DNA of 64,000 bases, from assembly GCA_009914755.4 (NCBI GenBank), contig CP068257.2:17920001-17984000 (forward strand). Reading direction: 5' to 3'. The translations under genes and the position numbers were made by a program. Shown here piece by piece: positions 12,897-28,007 of the stretch; position 1 is the first letter of the stretch; the number at the start of each line of letters is the position of its first letter. Source of the DNA: the human T2T-CHM13v2.0 reference genome, Homo sapiens. Under the pieces are notes generated by a model. The model was given only the letters and a program-made list of their open reading frames with translations. It was not told where the DNA came from and searched no databases.

Positions 12897-14537
12897 TCAG
12901 ACTGGGATGGTGTAGACACGCCAGTTCACCTAACGCACACATCTCTGGAATTAGGGAGGAAACCACAGTACCCTGACAAAACCCACACAGATGTGGGGAG
13001 AACATGCAAATGCCACACAGACAATGGCCCTAGCTGGGATTGATTCTTTTCTCATCAACAGTATAATGAAAAAATATTGACCAAAATAATGTATTCAAGG
13101 ACCAGCGGTATTAGGAAGAAAAGAGCTGATATCCAATATTCCGGTAGTTCAGAGACAAGCACAGATCTATAAGTAAGCTTTTATCTTCTTATTTTCTCTA
13201 CACAAGGATTTCGCCTCAAAGAATTATTTTCCAGACTTGCTTGATAATTTCAATTTCATCACCTAGTAAAAGGAGAAGTGGGAGGAGACCCTGAGTAGTG
13301 GAAAGCAAAACGAACAATTGTTAATTTGTGAAACTGTTATTTAATTTCAAATGTTAAGTCTAAAGAAAATTCAAGATAAAAGAATAAAAAATATGTGCTT
13401 GAGCACAAATGGCTGCCGTTGTATTATTCTTCAAACACAAAAGTAAAGGAACAGTAATTTATGGAAATGTAACAAAGAAATTTGGATGCTAGCCAATTTA
13501 GAAACAAATAAAAAGCATTAATTTGAGAGAAAAAAATTCTTGCCTTCCAGAGCTACCTCCTCACTTCTGGGAGTGTTATTATTTAGCAGACTGATAATGT
13601 CAATATCCCCAACCAGAACCGGAGAGAAATAATTGAAAATCTTGGTTATCACGGGTTTCTTTTTTGTACTAAAGTTCATATGAGAAGTTTAAAGTCAATT
13701 GGAAGTAGAGAGTAAAATGAACCTGATACAGTGGAAACTTTGAAAAGGTATAGAAGCTTTAAAAAAAAGTCATCATAGTTCTCTGAATTGTAGGTATTTT
13801 CTCTTTAGGCAGCCTTCCAAAGCCCTTTCATGCTAGTGAAAGTAAGCTGTGTGCTACTTTTTGATGATATTGCCCATGATAAACCTCAAATGGTGAGGAA
13901 ATTCATTTTCAGACACAGATCTGAAGCTAACTTATCCAACTTATCTGATCAGAAAATCTTGCTGTAAATCTTTCAAAAACAAGATGACTTGTGAGATTTT
14001 TAGCAATCCAGAGTGTGTCTGGGGAGAATATGTGACATGAGCAGTTTTCTCTATGGTTTCAGCTAATAATAGGAAATCCATGACCCAAGGAAATAGAAAT
14101 CCTCACGTGAGCAAGAATATCAGGTCTTCCCAAAGCCCATAAATGTAAGAAGGATTAAATTATGTGTGCTTACTGAATTTATAATTTTATTTACTCCAAG
14201 AAGTTTCCCCACTTATCAAATTCATTGCACCTAGCTTTAGGAATTAATAGCTAAAATACAGATAATTCAAATCTATTTTGATTCTTAAAAATCAAGATCT
14301 GATCTTCAGTCCTGTTTTCTAGAGGTGATGTATAGAATGATAATATGTATCTCGAAAGTATCATCTGACCCTTCCAGTGATCTGAAGGAGCTAACTTGAT
14401 TGAGTTCAAGCAGAAACGAAGTTTTTAGGCAGTCCGATAAGTTATTGCTGACTTATTTATTTTCAATAAATAAGACTCATTTTGCTGTATTTCTTTTTCT
14501 TTTGCATAACAGTCACTTGCCACTTGGCGTAGCAAAC

Positions 14538-14851
14538 TTTTTTTTTTTTTTTTTTTTTTTTTGAGACGGAGTCTCGCTCTGTCACCCAGGCTGGAGTGCA
14601 GTGGTGCGATCTCGGCTCACTGAAAGCTCCGCCTCCCTGGTTCACGCCATTCTCCTGCCTCAGCCTCCGGAGTAGCTGGGACTACAGCCTCCCACCACCA
14701 CGCCCGACTAATTTTTTTTTTTTTTGTATTCTTAGTAGAGACGCGGTTTCACCGTGTTAGCCAGGATGGTCTCGATCTACTGACCTTGTGATCTGCCCGC
14801 GTCGGCCTCCCAAAGTGCTGGGATTGCAGGCGTGAGCCACCGCGCCCGGCC
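14538..14851 (-). mobile_element. Alu SINE (young AluY-like, full length, minus orientation)
   Basis: Pure 25-nt poly-T then near-consensus RC Alu with ~17 CpGs retained, ending ...gcgtgagccaccgcgcccggcc. TSD agcaaacttt on both sides (14531-14540 and 14852-14861). Confidence 0.95.
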
Positions 14852-15124
14852 AGCAAACTTTAAAAGAAGAATTCAATGGGGAGATATGACAAAACTTAGA
14901 TGTTTTAGTAATACTGCATAATGTAATAATTGACCAAAATATTTTTACATTCCTTTGAGATAATACTAAATTGTATTAAAACTTAGTCTTGCTAACATAT
15001 GTGGGCCTCCTTTGCTCCAGAGGAAAGTGAGAATGTCTTAAGTCCCATTTTCAGCCCCTAGATTTATTATATAGCAACGCACAAGTCATCTTCTTCTTGT
15101 CACTCTCTTCCTGAAGGATTTCAG

Positions 15125-15225
15125 GCAAAACACTAAATCTCTCTTGACCTCAGTTTAGTCATCTATAAAATTAGGGGATTGGAGCAGATTATCTCTGTGT
15201 CTTGTAACTGTAAAATTATATGTTT
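15125..15225 (+). mobile_element. Possible MIR fragment
   Basis: ctctcttgacctcagtttagtcatctataaaattaggggattgg resembles MIR core (cctctctgtgcctcagtttcctcatctgtaaaatgggga). Weak. Confidence 0.35.
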
Positions 15226-16235
15226 TATATTATTTCCACATTTTTTCTTCAGTTCCCCCTACTGAGATGAAAACCTTAAAAAATGAATAGCATTTGCTAT
15301 CTTCTATCCCATTAAATATTGTTTATGAAAGTAGACACAATAAAACACTGAGCTCTTTAAAACTCAATTTTTGTAGAAAAGGATACTGGAGCTCAATAAA
15401 TGTAATTCCTTGTTCAGTCTCATGAAGACCCTTAAGAATATAACAGTAATTTAGTTGCGGACCTATTTAAATAAATATCCTATACTCTTCCTCTGACTAT
15501 TCCATCTCCAACTAAGTATATAATGTTCCATATATTTGATATTTCAAATGTGTTTTTAAAATAATGGTCATATGTGCTTTGTAATTATCTTCTTTGAGTC
15601 AAATATACTTGCAAAATCAAAAGATCGTGTGTGTATCTATTAAATTATAATGTCCACTTAAATAAAAAAAGAAACAAAGGAGACTATGAATCTAATAAGT
15701 CAAGAAACAATAACAGAGAAGCAAATAATAGCAAGTTAATATAAATGTATCAGCTCAATTTAATCATTAAGACCATCCAAACTGCAGAGGTTTACTTTTG
15801 AAAAAAGCTAAAAGTCAAATTTCAAAAAAAAAAAAAGACGGGATGGATTTTAAAACTATGCAGAGCTTATTTAAGAGCATAAACTTGATAAAAATGTAAA
15901 AAATATTGGAATTACAATAATTACATGACATCATATTACAGTATAAGAAAGTAATGTTGTTTGTTCCATCCTGTCAGTAGATGGTTAGAGGGTGGAATTA
16001 ATGTGATCAAATTATCCTTTTTCATATCATTGGCATCACTGGAGAATATCTTTTTGGAGAGATAAGAAGAGATAGATGAGGCATTTTGGGGGGAAGGAGG
16101 GATTAAATGTAAGATTTATAAATAGTTAATATTAGATAAGAGTCCTTAGGGAGTATAAACTTTCCTTTGTCTTCTGGTACATTTGTCTGCCTGTGTGGAA
16201 TATTCTAAACTCACATACACTATTTTGTACATACA

Positions 16236-16471
16236 AATTTTAATAACCTTTATTAGATTCTTTTAGAACAGATGGATGAAGAAAAATATTAACAGCAGCG
16301 ACTCCTTTTCTGCCATCTATTCCACATGGCAAATGATCTACAATAAGGACAAATAATTTTTATCAAAGAAAATAATTGTTTACCTATTTATTGAAAGTAT
16401 AGAAACTAGATGTAAATTGAGGTCTAAGGAAACCAGTGTTGTAAAAGAATCTAATAAAGGTTATTAAAATT
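16236..16471. repeat. 236-bp unit bounded by perfect 30-bp terminal inverted repeats (35 bp with 1 mismatch); MITE-like
   Basis: Left arm aattttaataacctttattagattcttttagaaca (16236-16270). Right arm tgttgtaaaagaatctaataaaggttattaaaatt (16437-16471) is its reverse complement. 166-bp AT-rich spacer. Confidence 0.7.
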
Positions 16472-18317
16472 ATGAAATAATGGTGCTAAGTAAGAACCCA
16501 TCCTACAATTCAGTGAATTAAAGCAAAAAGTATTTATTTTGATAATTTGTCTTGAGGTTGGCTGAGGTGTGGCTGTTCTAGACTGAGCAGAGATAGACTT
16601 CATTATAAGCTGTAGGCTGGGTCTGGTTAGCACCGCATGTCTCTCATCCACACACGTTGATTCTACGGATTACATAATGCGTGTGCTTCTCATCTGATGG
16701 CAGAAGCACAAGAGGGTCAAGCAGAAATATAGGATTTCTCTAAAAAGAAGAAAAGAGAATTATACACTATCATTTGTATTCACATTCTATTGACAAAAGC
16801 ACGGCTAAGCCCTACATCTATTTTTTTCTAATAAAAATATTATGAAGTTAGTTTCACAAATCTTTATTCTACAGAAATTAATGTAGCTAGAATTTCTAAG
16901 CACATAATTTTTTACTGAATTCAAGAAACATATTTTACAGTCTCTTTATAAATTGTTTGATTGTAAAATAAACTATTTTTAGTTTATACTTATTTTTCCC
17001 TGCTCAACCAACAAAGTTTGATAAATTATTTTATAAATAGTCTGTTCTCCCATTGCAAAGAGATTGCCTTGCACACAATTAATATACGAAAGTGAGATAT
17101 CACCTCCTTGTAAAATTTAATAATTAAATCATCCTTCTATGAAAAGGATCATAAATGTTTTTGTTTTATTACAGGTAATCTTAGTTTTAAAGATATGAAG
17201 TCATTTGTGCTTTTCATTCTTGATGCAATCTATAGTTTTTTTTTAAGAGTTTTCCACACATTACTTATTTATCTTTATCAGCGCACATATATCTATTCCC
17301 CAGGTTATACAGAGTTCATTGATGATGACTAAGAAACACTTGATATAACTAAAAGTTTAATTTTGTATGTAGCTAAAATTCTACATGTAGCTACATTTTT
17401 AGATAGTCATTTTGTATTGTAGGAAGAAAAGTATTGGAAACAAAGAAAAATGTATCTCCATGGAAATTTCTGTATGCTAAAAATCTGTGGGTGGTTATTT
17501 CTCCTTTCCTCCTTTTAAATAAACTGGACATTATATTCTATGATCAAATATTTTATGGTTGGCTTTACTAACCTCTACTGGTTTTCATCAAATTTTTCTC
17601 CTCTTACTTCAATTTATTTAATCACTTATTGACAAAGTATGTGCCAGCCCTCTAAGATAAATCTGTAAATGAAAAACTTTCAAATAAAAAAATAAATATA
17701 TCTACTGTATTGGTAACTGTTCACTGCAGTCTTCTACACTAGCACAGAAAATATGTGCATATATCGCATGATTCTTTGTTGAGTAACTTACAAGAAAATC
17801 TGATACATTGCTCAGTGGATGAAGAAATTTGGTCATTCAGTTTAGAAAAGTAAAATCAACCAGGAAAATCTTCTCATAACTTGCGCATGTTGACAAAAAA
17901 AAAAAAAAAACCAGCATATATAAATCTGTGCTTGAGCCGAACATTCTATTTGACAACTACTGAGTTTGTCCAGATAAGGCTGTGTAAGTATTTAGCCTTG
18001 CAGCTTTATCACACGACTGTCATATACTCCATAATTGCTTTTGTAAACTTAGTCTTAATGGTGTCTAGGTTCACACCAGAGCAACCATCTGAAAATTCAG
18101 TGTCAGCTTATGATGTATGAACTTTCTTTCAGTGTGTAGATGTTTCTAATTTTTTAAATTACATTTTTGTATATTTCCATATAATGACCTAAAATCACTT
18201 TGATTCTCATCACTAAATGTTTTTCAGTTACTGTTCATGCGTACATGGTATTGCATCAGATATTATTCAAAGCTAGTTGAGTAGCATATATGGATGTTTG
18301 TTTAAACTAGCTTATAT

Positions 18318-18355
18318 GTGTGTATATATATATGTATATATACACATATGCATAA
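18318..18355. repeat. (TA/TG)-rich simple repeat
   Basis: tgtgtgtatatatatatgtatatatacacatatgcat. Confidence 0.5.
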
Positions 18356-19481
18356 ATAGGCAGATATATAAGAAGCATACAAAGGATAATCATAAGAAAA
18401 TTACAAAGATATAAGTGAAATTATATCAATTGCAAATTCTTACCCTATTTAAATAAACATTGTATTTTTACTTAGTTATGCATATACAATTTAATGGTAT
18501 AATTTTATAAATCCTTTCTTATTTTAAAATATTTTATAGTCAAGGCCAAGAGGCTTCCTAAAATTTGGCTATATGCTAAAATTAAAAACATAATTTTATT
18601 TCCCTGAAGTCAAAATTAAGAGTTATATTTATTCTGTTTGTGGAAAATGAATCTTAATACATCTTATAATACATCCTATAATTATAATAATATCATATAA
18701 TAGAATAGTATCCTAGTTTCCTTTCCTTTTATGTTCTCTTGAATTCCTACAAAATTTATTCAACAGGTAATTTTATTGAGAGCTTATCATGTGCCAGGAG
18801 CTGTCTTTGGTGTTGAGTATTGAATCATAACCCATAACAATACCCCTACTGTCACAATTGTGGTTAAAGCAATGAGGGGCATTGTGCTTGCAACAACCTC
18901 AAATAATTTTACAAATTTGCCCGTAGGATTTCTTCCCATTTGGTATTGTCACAACATTTTTCTAGCACATACTACATGTTTGAAAAACTAAACATTTTGT
19001 TTTCCATTCTCTTTATACATACTAAAGTTTTAGTTTGTAGAATTTTTTGTGTTTACTTTCTTTTTCAATGATTATTTTTCTTATTTGCATTATTTTCTTT
19101 TTCCTACTTCTTTGCCCTGTCATTTTTTCTAAACTTGGCGTCTTAATTTACAGGGAGCTGATCATAATCCTGAATTACACAGTCCTGAATACCATAATCC
19201 CAAACATTAATTTCCAAAAGATCAAAATCTCAGAGATATAATTCTGTAAAAAGTAAATATTTTTTTAGAAAAATATACATTTTTAAAGGGATTTATTTGA
19301 GAAATGTATAAAAACCCAACAGAACACTTTATAGTCCATTTTATACAATGAAATAGACAATAGTTTTTTACTTTTTTTGCAATCATAAACTTTCAGCTAT
19401 ATTATAATAGTCACATGGGAATAACAGTTATGAGGACACAAACCATGTTCATAAAATATAGTTAGATAAAGTGAATGTAAA

Positions 19482-19995
<514 letters not shown>

Positions 19996-21049
19996 TCAAA
20001 AACAAAATTGGTCACCACCACATAAACAGTGGCCCAAAGAGCCAGGATGTCAACAATTTTTATATTTCGTGAATGCAGATGTAGAAAGAGAATGTCAGTT
20101 TATTTACTGAGAAAGCTTCAACATTTTCACCTACAGGCACAATGGTTACACACAAAGTCAATGTTGTGATAATGCTCTTTTGTAAAGTCAAATTAGCAAA
20201 AAATGCATAAAACAAGTTAGAACTCTTTTAAAATCTTTACACAATTTATACCTCCAGTATTGGAAATGATACCACGATAAACCACGTATCATAGTGAATT
20301 GTAAAAAATAATGTTGACAATTTAAAATAGTGGGGAAAAACTAAGAAAAAAAAACAGACATACGAAAAAGTGCATTACAGGAATAGATTATGGGCAATTG
20401 CATGGAGGTAATCTATAAGAGCTGACCGACTTTCATTATCTTGAACTATTTTTTGAAGTCTTGCATTGCAATTAAAAGCTGCCATTTTTCTTTTAGGGCA
20501 TTGCTGTCTTCAGAGGATACATTCAAATTCATTTTCTACCTGGCATTGTTCTTTTTAAAATTATTTTGATTCTATATCCACCTACAGAATTCTTCTCTGT
20601 AAAATTTTCATATTTTTTGTGCCCTGATTCTGTGTTGTTCTGGGTACTCAGAATTCTATTCCACAGACACTCATATACAGAACACAAATTTGGAGTACAC
20701 AATACTGGTGATAAAACAGCAACACCAGTGCATAAGTGTCTTCTTATCCTACTGTGCACATAACCATTTTCAAACCAGTCAATAACTTCACTGGCTGGCT
20801 TCTTCAGCAAATTCTGCTTTCATTCATTAAAAACTCTTGGAATTTCATTGGCTGGAAGGAATGCCAATGCAAGCAAGTGACACATTTTAAAACTAAAATT
20901 TTTGTTGTGTGCCTATGAAGTTGCCAATCCACTCTTCTGAATTTTCTGCCAAATGCAAATAAAGACAACAACAAGGTGATATGCTGCCTAATACGATGTA
21001 ACTAGCATGATGCAGCTATCCTGTGTACAATCGAAAACCACAGTAATAC

Positions 21050-21260
21050 CTTCCCAAGCATTTGGATTTTAGGATTTCAACTCTCAGAATTCTCATCTTT
21101 TGGGATTGTGATTTTTCAGAATTTTAGATGTTAGGGACTTCAGACTTTAGAAATTTAGACTTTAAAGATTTTAATCTTTAGAGATTTTGATTATTTGAAA
21201 TTCCAACATTCGGGATTATAGTGCTCAAGATTTTTGTCTTTTGGGATTATGACCCACACA
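21050..21260. repeat. Degenerate tandem repeat (~25-30 bp units of the type tttgggattgtgatttttcagaatttta)
   Basis: Recurrent motifs: tttggattttaggatttcaac / ttttgggattgtgatttttcag / ttagggacttcagactttag / ttcgggattatagtgctcaag / ttttgggattatgaccc. Confidence 0.4.
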
Positions 21261-24200
21261 GTAATTTTTAAATACTCTAATGTTTAATATATGCACTTAA
21301 AATGATAATTCTCCTTCATAGTATTGAAATTGCCCAACTTATAAGTATTGATAAGTTTTATTTAGGTTTTTGATTGTAGGTATTTCATGTTTTCAATAAA
21401 TACTTTCATTCATAAATATCTTCAAATTGTTTCTTTTTTAGTTTTAATTTCCAATTGCATGAGAGATTTTGATTTAGAACTGTGTTCTGATTTACAATTT
21501 GAGTGCTTTTTGTTAAGAATGTAGTCTATATAACATCAATGTATTGGTACTTAGAGACTATTGCTCAGATACATAGTTGATACACTTTTTATGTGTGCAC
21601 TTGAAAATATATGAGTAATATAATTTTGGAGAACAGAATTCTACACACGCACAAGCACAAATATAGACACATATGTGAGCAAATTGTTAATTGCACTGTC
21701 AAATTTTTCTATGTCTTTTTCTTTCAAATTCTAATAGTATTTGTTAAAAATGGCCCACTATGACTATGCTATAGCCTTACTGTTTATGCTGTTAATTGGA
21801 TTTTATAACTGCATACATAATACTTGAGATCTAGTTTGCTCCATTGTATTATTGCTTCTCTTCATAAGGTGAATGTTTGCTCAAAATTGTAATTCTTCTG
21901 GTAATTTATTCTTGTGTAAATTATGTCACTAAATCATTACCCATTCTACAATCCTGTCTTTCCAGATTTATAATCTTGGCGTTCCTGGTAGCTACAACTT
22001 CACCTGTGTGTTTTGCTTCAATCTAATTAGAGATGTTCTAGTGTAAAATAATGCTCATCTCTTCTTCTAATCTTGCACACTTATACCATCTCAGCTTCTA
22101 GAAGTGTCCCAGAAGCTGGACCCTCAATCAAATATTTACACCTTTGCCTAGGGTTCCAGCTATAGAAAATATAAACAGAAGACAAATGAACATAAAGAAA
22201 ATTATTTCATCTTAATCTTTTATTAAGCAATATATATTACACCTTAAATATCTGTTATCTAATATTTGATTGTCTTTTAGAAGTTTCTGATGAAAACTAT
22301 GTAATATTCCAAATTACTGATTACAGAAAGTAGGCCAAACAGGACATTTCTGTTACAAGGCTTTATCCATTTTTGAACATGAAAACTTTACCTAAGATTA
22401 TTTTGTCCAAGGAAGTAAGTTTATCTTCACTTTTACTTCAGTTGGATTGGTGTTTTATCTATATTATACACTTACATGGAAGTTATAAAAAGTTTTATTT
22501 CAATTAGAACATTCAATGTGAAAATAGGCTTTTACTCTCAAAGAAGGAGATGATGTAATATGTTTTCAATTCCTGTTCCATTTGTTCTGAATGCTGAATG
22601 TATTTCTGTTTAATTTAATGTCTTTTAGGTAGTACTTCGCAAAATTTCTTTAAAGACTATAAACAATTATCCAAATCTATATGAATAATTGCTGAGTTTT
22701 TCATTTGTCAGTATATTCTCATTATCACTAATAATTTTGCTCCAAACAGCTAAATGTTTTCCTCAAAGATATCTTTCATTTTATATCCTTTTATATAAAA
22801 AATTTTTAGTTTCCTTTAATGTTGCCAAACTAAAAAAAAAAAAAATGGCAGGACAGTAAAATGCTGTGAAGTCACCTTGTTCTTTCAATTCTTCTGTTTT
22901 CTGCCTCAAAGTGGTAATAAAAACCAGGATATGTATTTCTTAGTTGGCCCTGAATCAATCATCAATCGGTTATTCAGTCAATCACTTTTATTTTCCCCCT
23001 TTTCCTTAAAAGAACTTTTTCAGGGGTCTGCAATAATGGCCATTCTACATAGACTCAACTTATGATCATGGGATTCTTGGATTTAATTTTTCTTTTATTC
23101 TTTTTTCATACAGTTTTTGTGAGAAGCGTCAATTAGCAAAGTAGTTTTCAGATATTCCTGTTTTTGTCAACTAACATTATGTACAATCAAAACTAACTTT
23201 ATTGACAATTATTTTTAATTTACATTCGTAATATGGTCAGCATTGATATTAATATTTTAAAGACATGAAGAGTAGGGAGGATAGATATTATGTTTAACCT
23301 AAAGAAGAGATAGAAAGACAATGAGCCTCCATCCTCCATCCATCCTTTTCCAAATTATAAATTCCTCACCTCCCTTAAAAAATACAATCATGTTTTTTAA
23401 GTCATGTAAATAGTAGTAGTCAATTATAGTATCTTTTAATAAAATAATTCATAAATTAAATGCAAAATTGTACCTCCTCATATATATATATAACTTTAAA
23501 TGACACTAATCTTGTACAAATCCTTCAAATTTTTTCATGCATCTTTAAACCTCATGCATATTCAAACCTCACACATATTCAAAAGTATGTGTGTGCTAGG
23601 TAAACATAGAAGACATCCCCTATTGATCTCCACCTCCTGATATTCACATTTGTCGTAAACCCTTCTTGAATATGGGCTGAACCTAACAGCTAGCTTCTAT
23701 TTAACACAGTACAGCACAAGGGGAAGGACACCACTTCCATGAGGAAGTTATGAAAGATTGTGATTTTCTTTTGTGGAGTATATTAATAGATCCCAGGAAT
23801 TCATGGTCAAAAATTCTTGTTGGATCATTACTCTGACCATTCTAACCCTGCTCCTATTAAATCATGGTTATACCAGACTTAATGGCTGGAAATAACAGGA
23901 ATGCTCAATAAATGCTTATCTGTTCTACTGTGAAATCTACCCCTGGTTTGTCAATTACTGCAAAACGTGAGTGAGTCTGCGCATAGGCCAAGAGTCTGTG
24001 GTAAAGGAAGGCTTTTTCGCTGTAAATACTCAGAATGTTTCTTACTATTCCACTGGAAAATGAAGCAAGCTTCTAAGTATGCTCTTGGTAAAGAAAAATA
24101 CTTTGATGTATGTGATCTTTAGAATAGTAGTTTCCTGCTATGATTAATTCTAAGAGTTTCAAATCTGCTAGTTAGAGTGAAATGGTAAGTGGCCTGTTAG

Positions 24201-24673
24201 CCCATGTCTGCTGCATGATAGGCCCAGTGGGACCACAAACCAAAATATCCTCATGGTTATTTTCTCTAGTCTGGTAAATATTTGGAATGAACAATTCTGC
24301 AATAAGAAAAATTTCCATTGTGGTTCCCTGACTTTTGAAGTATGGATTTTATGATGGAAAGGACAATGCCCAGGAAAGTTTCTTTCCCTAAAAGTATCGT
24401 CAATCAAAACAATTGCTTACTCCTTGGAAGATTATAGAGATTAGCAACTCTATCAAACACTTGAAGGAAACCCTGTGTAGTTTTCTAAATAATCTCATTT
24501 TCAAAAAATAGACTTTAAAAAAATAAAAATAGAAATTTCAAGTTCACAGAAAAATTTAGCAGAAGATACAGAAATTTTCTGTATAGCTCCTGCCCCCATA
24601 CATGCATAGACTCCCCCATTATCAACATCCCCCACCAGAGTGCTACATTGGTTACAATTGGATTATCTAAATT

Positions 24674-24967
24674 GCCGGGTGTGATGACTCATGCCTATAA
24701 TCCCAGTGCTTTGGGATGCCAAGGTGAAAGCATCTCTTGAGGCCAGGAGTTTGAGATCAGCCTGGACAGCAGAGTGAGACCTCATCTCTTGAAAAAATAA
24801 AAAAATAAAAAATTGGCCAGTGTGGTGGGTAGTCCTAGCTACCAGAAAGCTGAGGCAGGAGGATCGCTTGAGCACAGGAGTTTGAGATTACAGTGAGCTA
24901 TGACTGAGCAACTGCACTCCAGCCTCGGTAAGAGAGCAAGACTCTGTCTCAAAACAAAACAAAACAC
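24674..24967 (+). mobile_element. Alu SINE (older, AluJ-like, plus orientation)
   Basis: gccgggtgtgatgactcatgcctataatcccagtgctttgggatgccaaggtgaaagcatctcttgaggccaggagtttgagatcagcctgg...gcactccagcctcggtaagagagcaagactctgtctcaaaacaaaacaaaac. Confidence 0.85.
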
Positions 24968-26914
24968 AAGTAAACCAGCTAAATTGACACATCACAATAT
25001 AAAGTGCATAGTTTACATTAGGGTTCACTCTTGGTCGTGTCTATTCTGTGGATTAGCACAAATGTATCATGACATTTTCTACCACTAGAGCATCATATAG
25101 AATACTTTTACTAACTAAAAAGTTCTCTGTGCTCTCTCTGCTTATCCCTCACTCTTCCCACTCTGCTCAAGCCCTGGCGATCACTGATATTTTACTGTCT
25201 CCATAGTTTTGCCTTTTCCAGAATGCCATACAATTGGGATTATACAATATGGAGGCTTTTCAGATTGGCTTACTTTAGTTAGTAATATGCATTTAACTGT
25301 CTTCTATGCCTTGTCATGGCTTGATAGCTAATTTATTTTTAGCAGTTAATAATTTCCATTGTCTGGATATACAACAGTTAATCTATCCATTCACCTATTG
25401 AATGACATCTTGGTTGGTTCAAATTGTTAGCAATTTTCAACTCTTTTTGGGTAGAAACTGTAGAGCAGAATTGCTAGATCATACTGAAAGAGCATGTTTA
25501 GTTTTGTAAGAAACTGCAAGACAATATTATGATGTGACTGTACCATTTTGCATTCCTACCAGGAATGAATGAGAGTTCCTCTTGTTCTATATCCTCTCCA
25601 GCATTTGATATAGTCTGTGTTCTGATTTTGGCCATTCTAATATGTGTGTAGTGATATCTCATTTATGTTTTAATTTGCATTTTCCTGTTGACATGTGATT
25701 TGGGGAATCTAGCCGTGTGCTTATTTATCATCTGTATATCTCCTTTGGTGAAGCATCTGTTAAGACTTTTGATCTAATTTTTAATTTTTCTTTTTATTTC
25801 TGAATTTTAAGAGTTCTTTTTATCGTTTGGCTAGTAGTGCCTTGTCAGATATATCTTTTGCAGATATTATCTCCTAGCCCGTGGCTTGTCTTTTTTATTC
25901 TCTTGAAATTGCTTTTGCAGAATGGAAGTTTTTCATTATAGTAATGTCCAGCTTTTTAAAAATGGATAATGTCTTTGTTGCTGTATCTAAAAAGGCATGG
26001 CCATACCCTAGGTAATCTTGGTTTTCTCCTATGTTATCTCCTAGAAACTTTATAGTTTTATACATTAAACAACGTTAATGTCTATAATCTATTTTAACTT
26101 AGTCACTGTGAATAATGTAAGGCACTGTGTCTACAAAAATGTATATTTTTTTGCCTGTGGATGTCCAAATGTCCCAGCACCATTTATTGAGATGATTTTT
26201 TTAACTTTATTGTTTTGATTCCTTTGTCAAAGATCAATTAACTATATTTATGTAGGTTTATTTTGGGTGGATTGATCTATTTGTCTATTCTTTTTCACAA
26301 CCACACTGTATTGATTGCCATAGCTTTATAGTATGCCTTAAAATCAGGTAGTTTCAGTCTTCCTAATTTGTTCTACTCCTTCAATATCAAGTTGGCTATT
26401 CTAGGTCTTTTGCCTCTTCATATTAACTTTAATATCAGTTTGCCAATATCCACAAAATAGCTTCTTAAATTATTACTGGGGGTGGATTGAATCTATACAG
26501 CAAATTGGAAAAACTGACATAGTGACAATCTTGATTTTTCCTATCCATAAATTTGGAATATCTCTCAATTTATTTAGTACTTTAATTTCTTTCATCAGAA
26601 TTTGGTTGTTTTTCTCATAAAAATTATTTTGTTTGATTTATACCTATGTGTTGATTGGAATGCCAATATAAATGTTACCCTTTTTTATTTACAATTTCAT
26701 TTGTTCTTTGCTGGTATATAGGAAAGTGATTTACTTTTGCTTATTAGTTCATGGAGGTTTCTTTGCTGATTCTTCTGTATTTTCTACACTGATGATCATG
26801 TCATGTGTGCGCAAGAGCAATTTTATTTCTTTCTCCCCAATCTGTATATTCTTTATTTTTTTTTGTCTTAATTGCATTAGCTGGGACTTCCAGCTTGATG
26901 TTTAAAAAGAGGTG

Positions 26915-27282
<368 letters not shown>

Positions 27283-28007
27283 TTAAGCTTCGCACCATTA
27301 ATTCTGGTGGTAGTTGTGGGGTTTTTTTTTTAACATATTCTTTATTAAATTGAGTAAGTTTCTCGTTATTCTCAGTTTATTGAGTGTTTTTAGTATGCCT
27401 GGGTGTTGGATTTTGTCAAATGTTTTATGCACGTATATTGATATAATTATGTAACTTTTTTCTCTTTTATGCTGTTGCTATGATGGGTTACACTGATTGT
27501 TTATCAAATGTTAAACCAGTTTATACCATGGATAAATCCTACTCAATCAAGATGTATAACCACTTTTATACATAGTTACATTCAATTTGCTAGTATTGAG
27601 AAATTTTGCATCTATATTTATAAAAGGTATTAGTCTGTAGATTTATTTTAATGTCTTTGTCTGGCTTGGGGATTAGTGTGATGCTGGGTTTAAAGAGCAC
27701 CCTTTGTGTATTTTTATTTAGAGCATATCTAAATAGAGACATGAGTTACAAAGTTTAAGAATATAAAGAATGAGTTACAAAGTTTTTTCTCCCTTTTATT
27801 CTTGGTTAGCCTGGCTAAAGTTTTGTTGATTTTATTAATCTTTTCAAATAGCCAGGTTTTCTTGTCATTGTCTTTTTTCTATTGATTCCCTGTTTTCAAT
27901 TTTATTAATTTCTAGTCTAATTACTATTATTCATTTTCTGCATCTTACTTGTGATACAATTTTTTCTAGTTTCCTAAGGTGGAAATTTATATTAATAATT
28001 TAGATCT

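Noticed and set aside
12659-13043. ORFs encoding poly-(CV), poly-(RE) and SLSLSL/THTHTH peptides (up to 116 aa)
   Set aside because: Direct translation of the (CT)n(CA)n microsatellite in different frames and strands; not coding.
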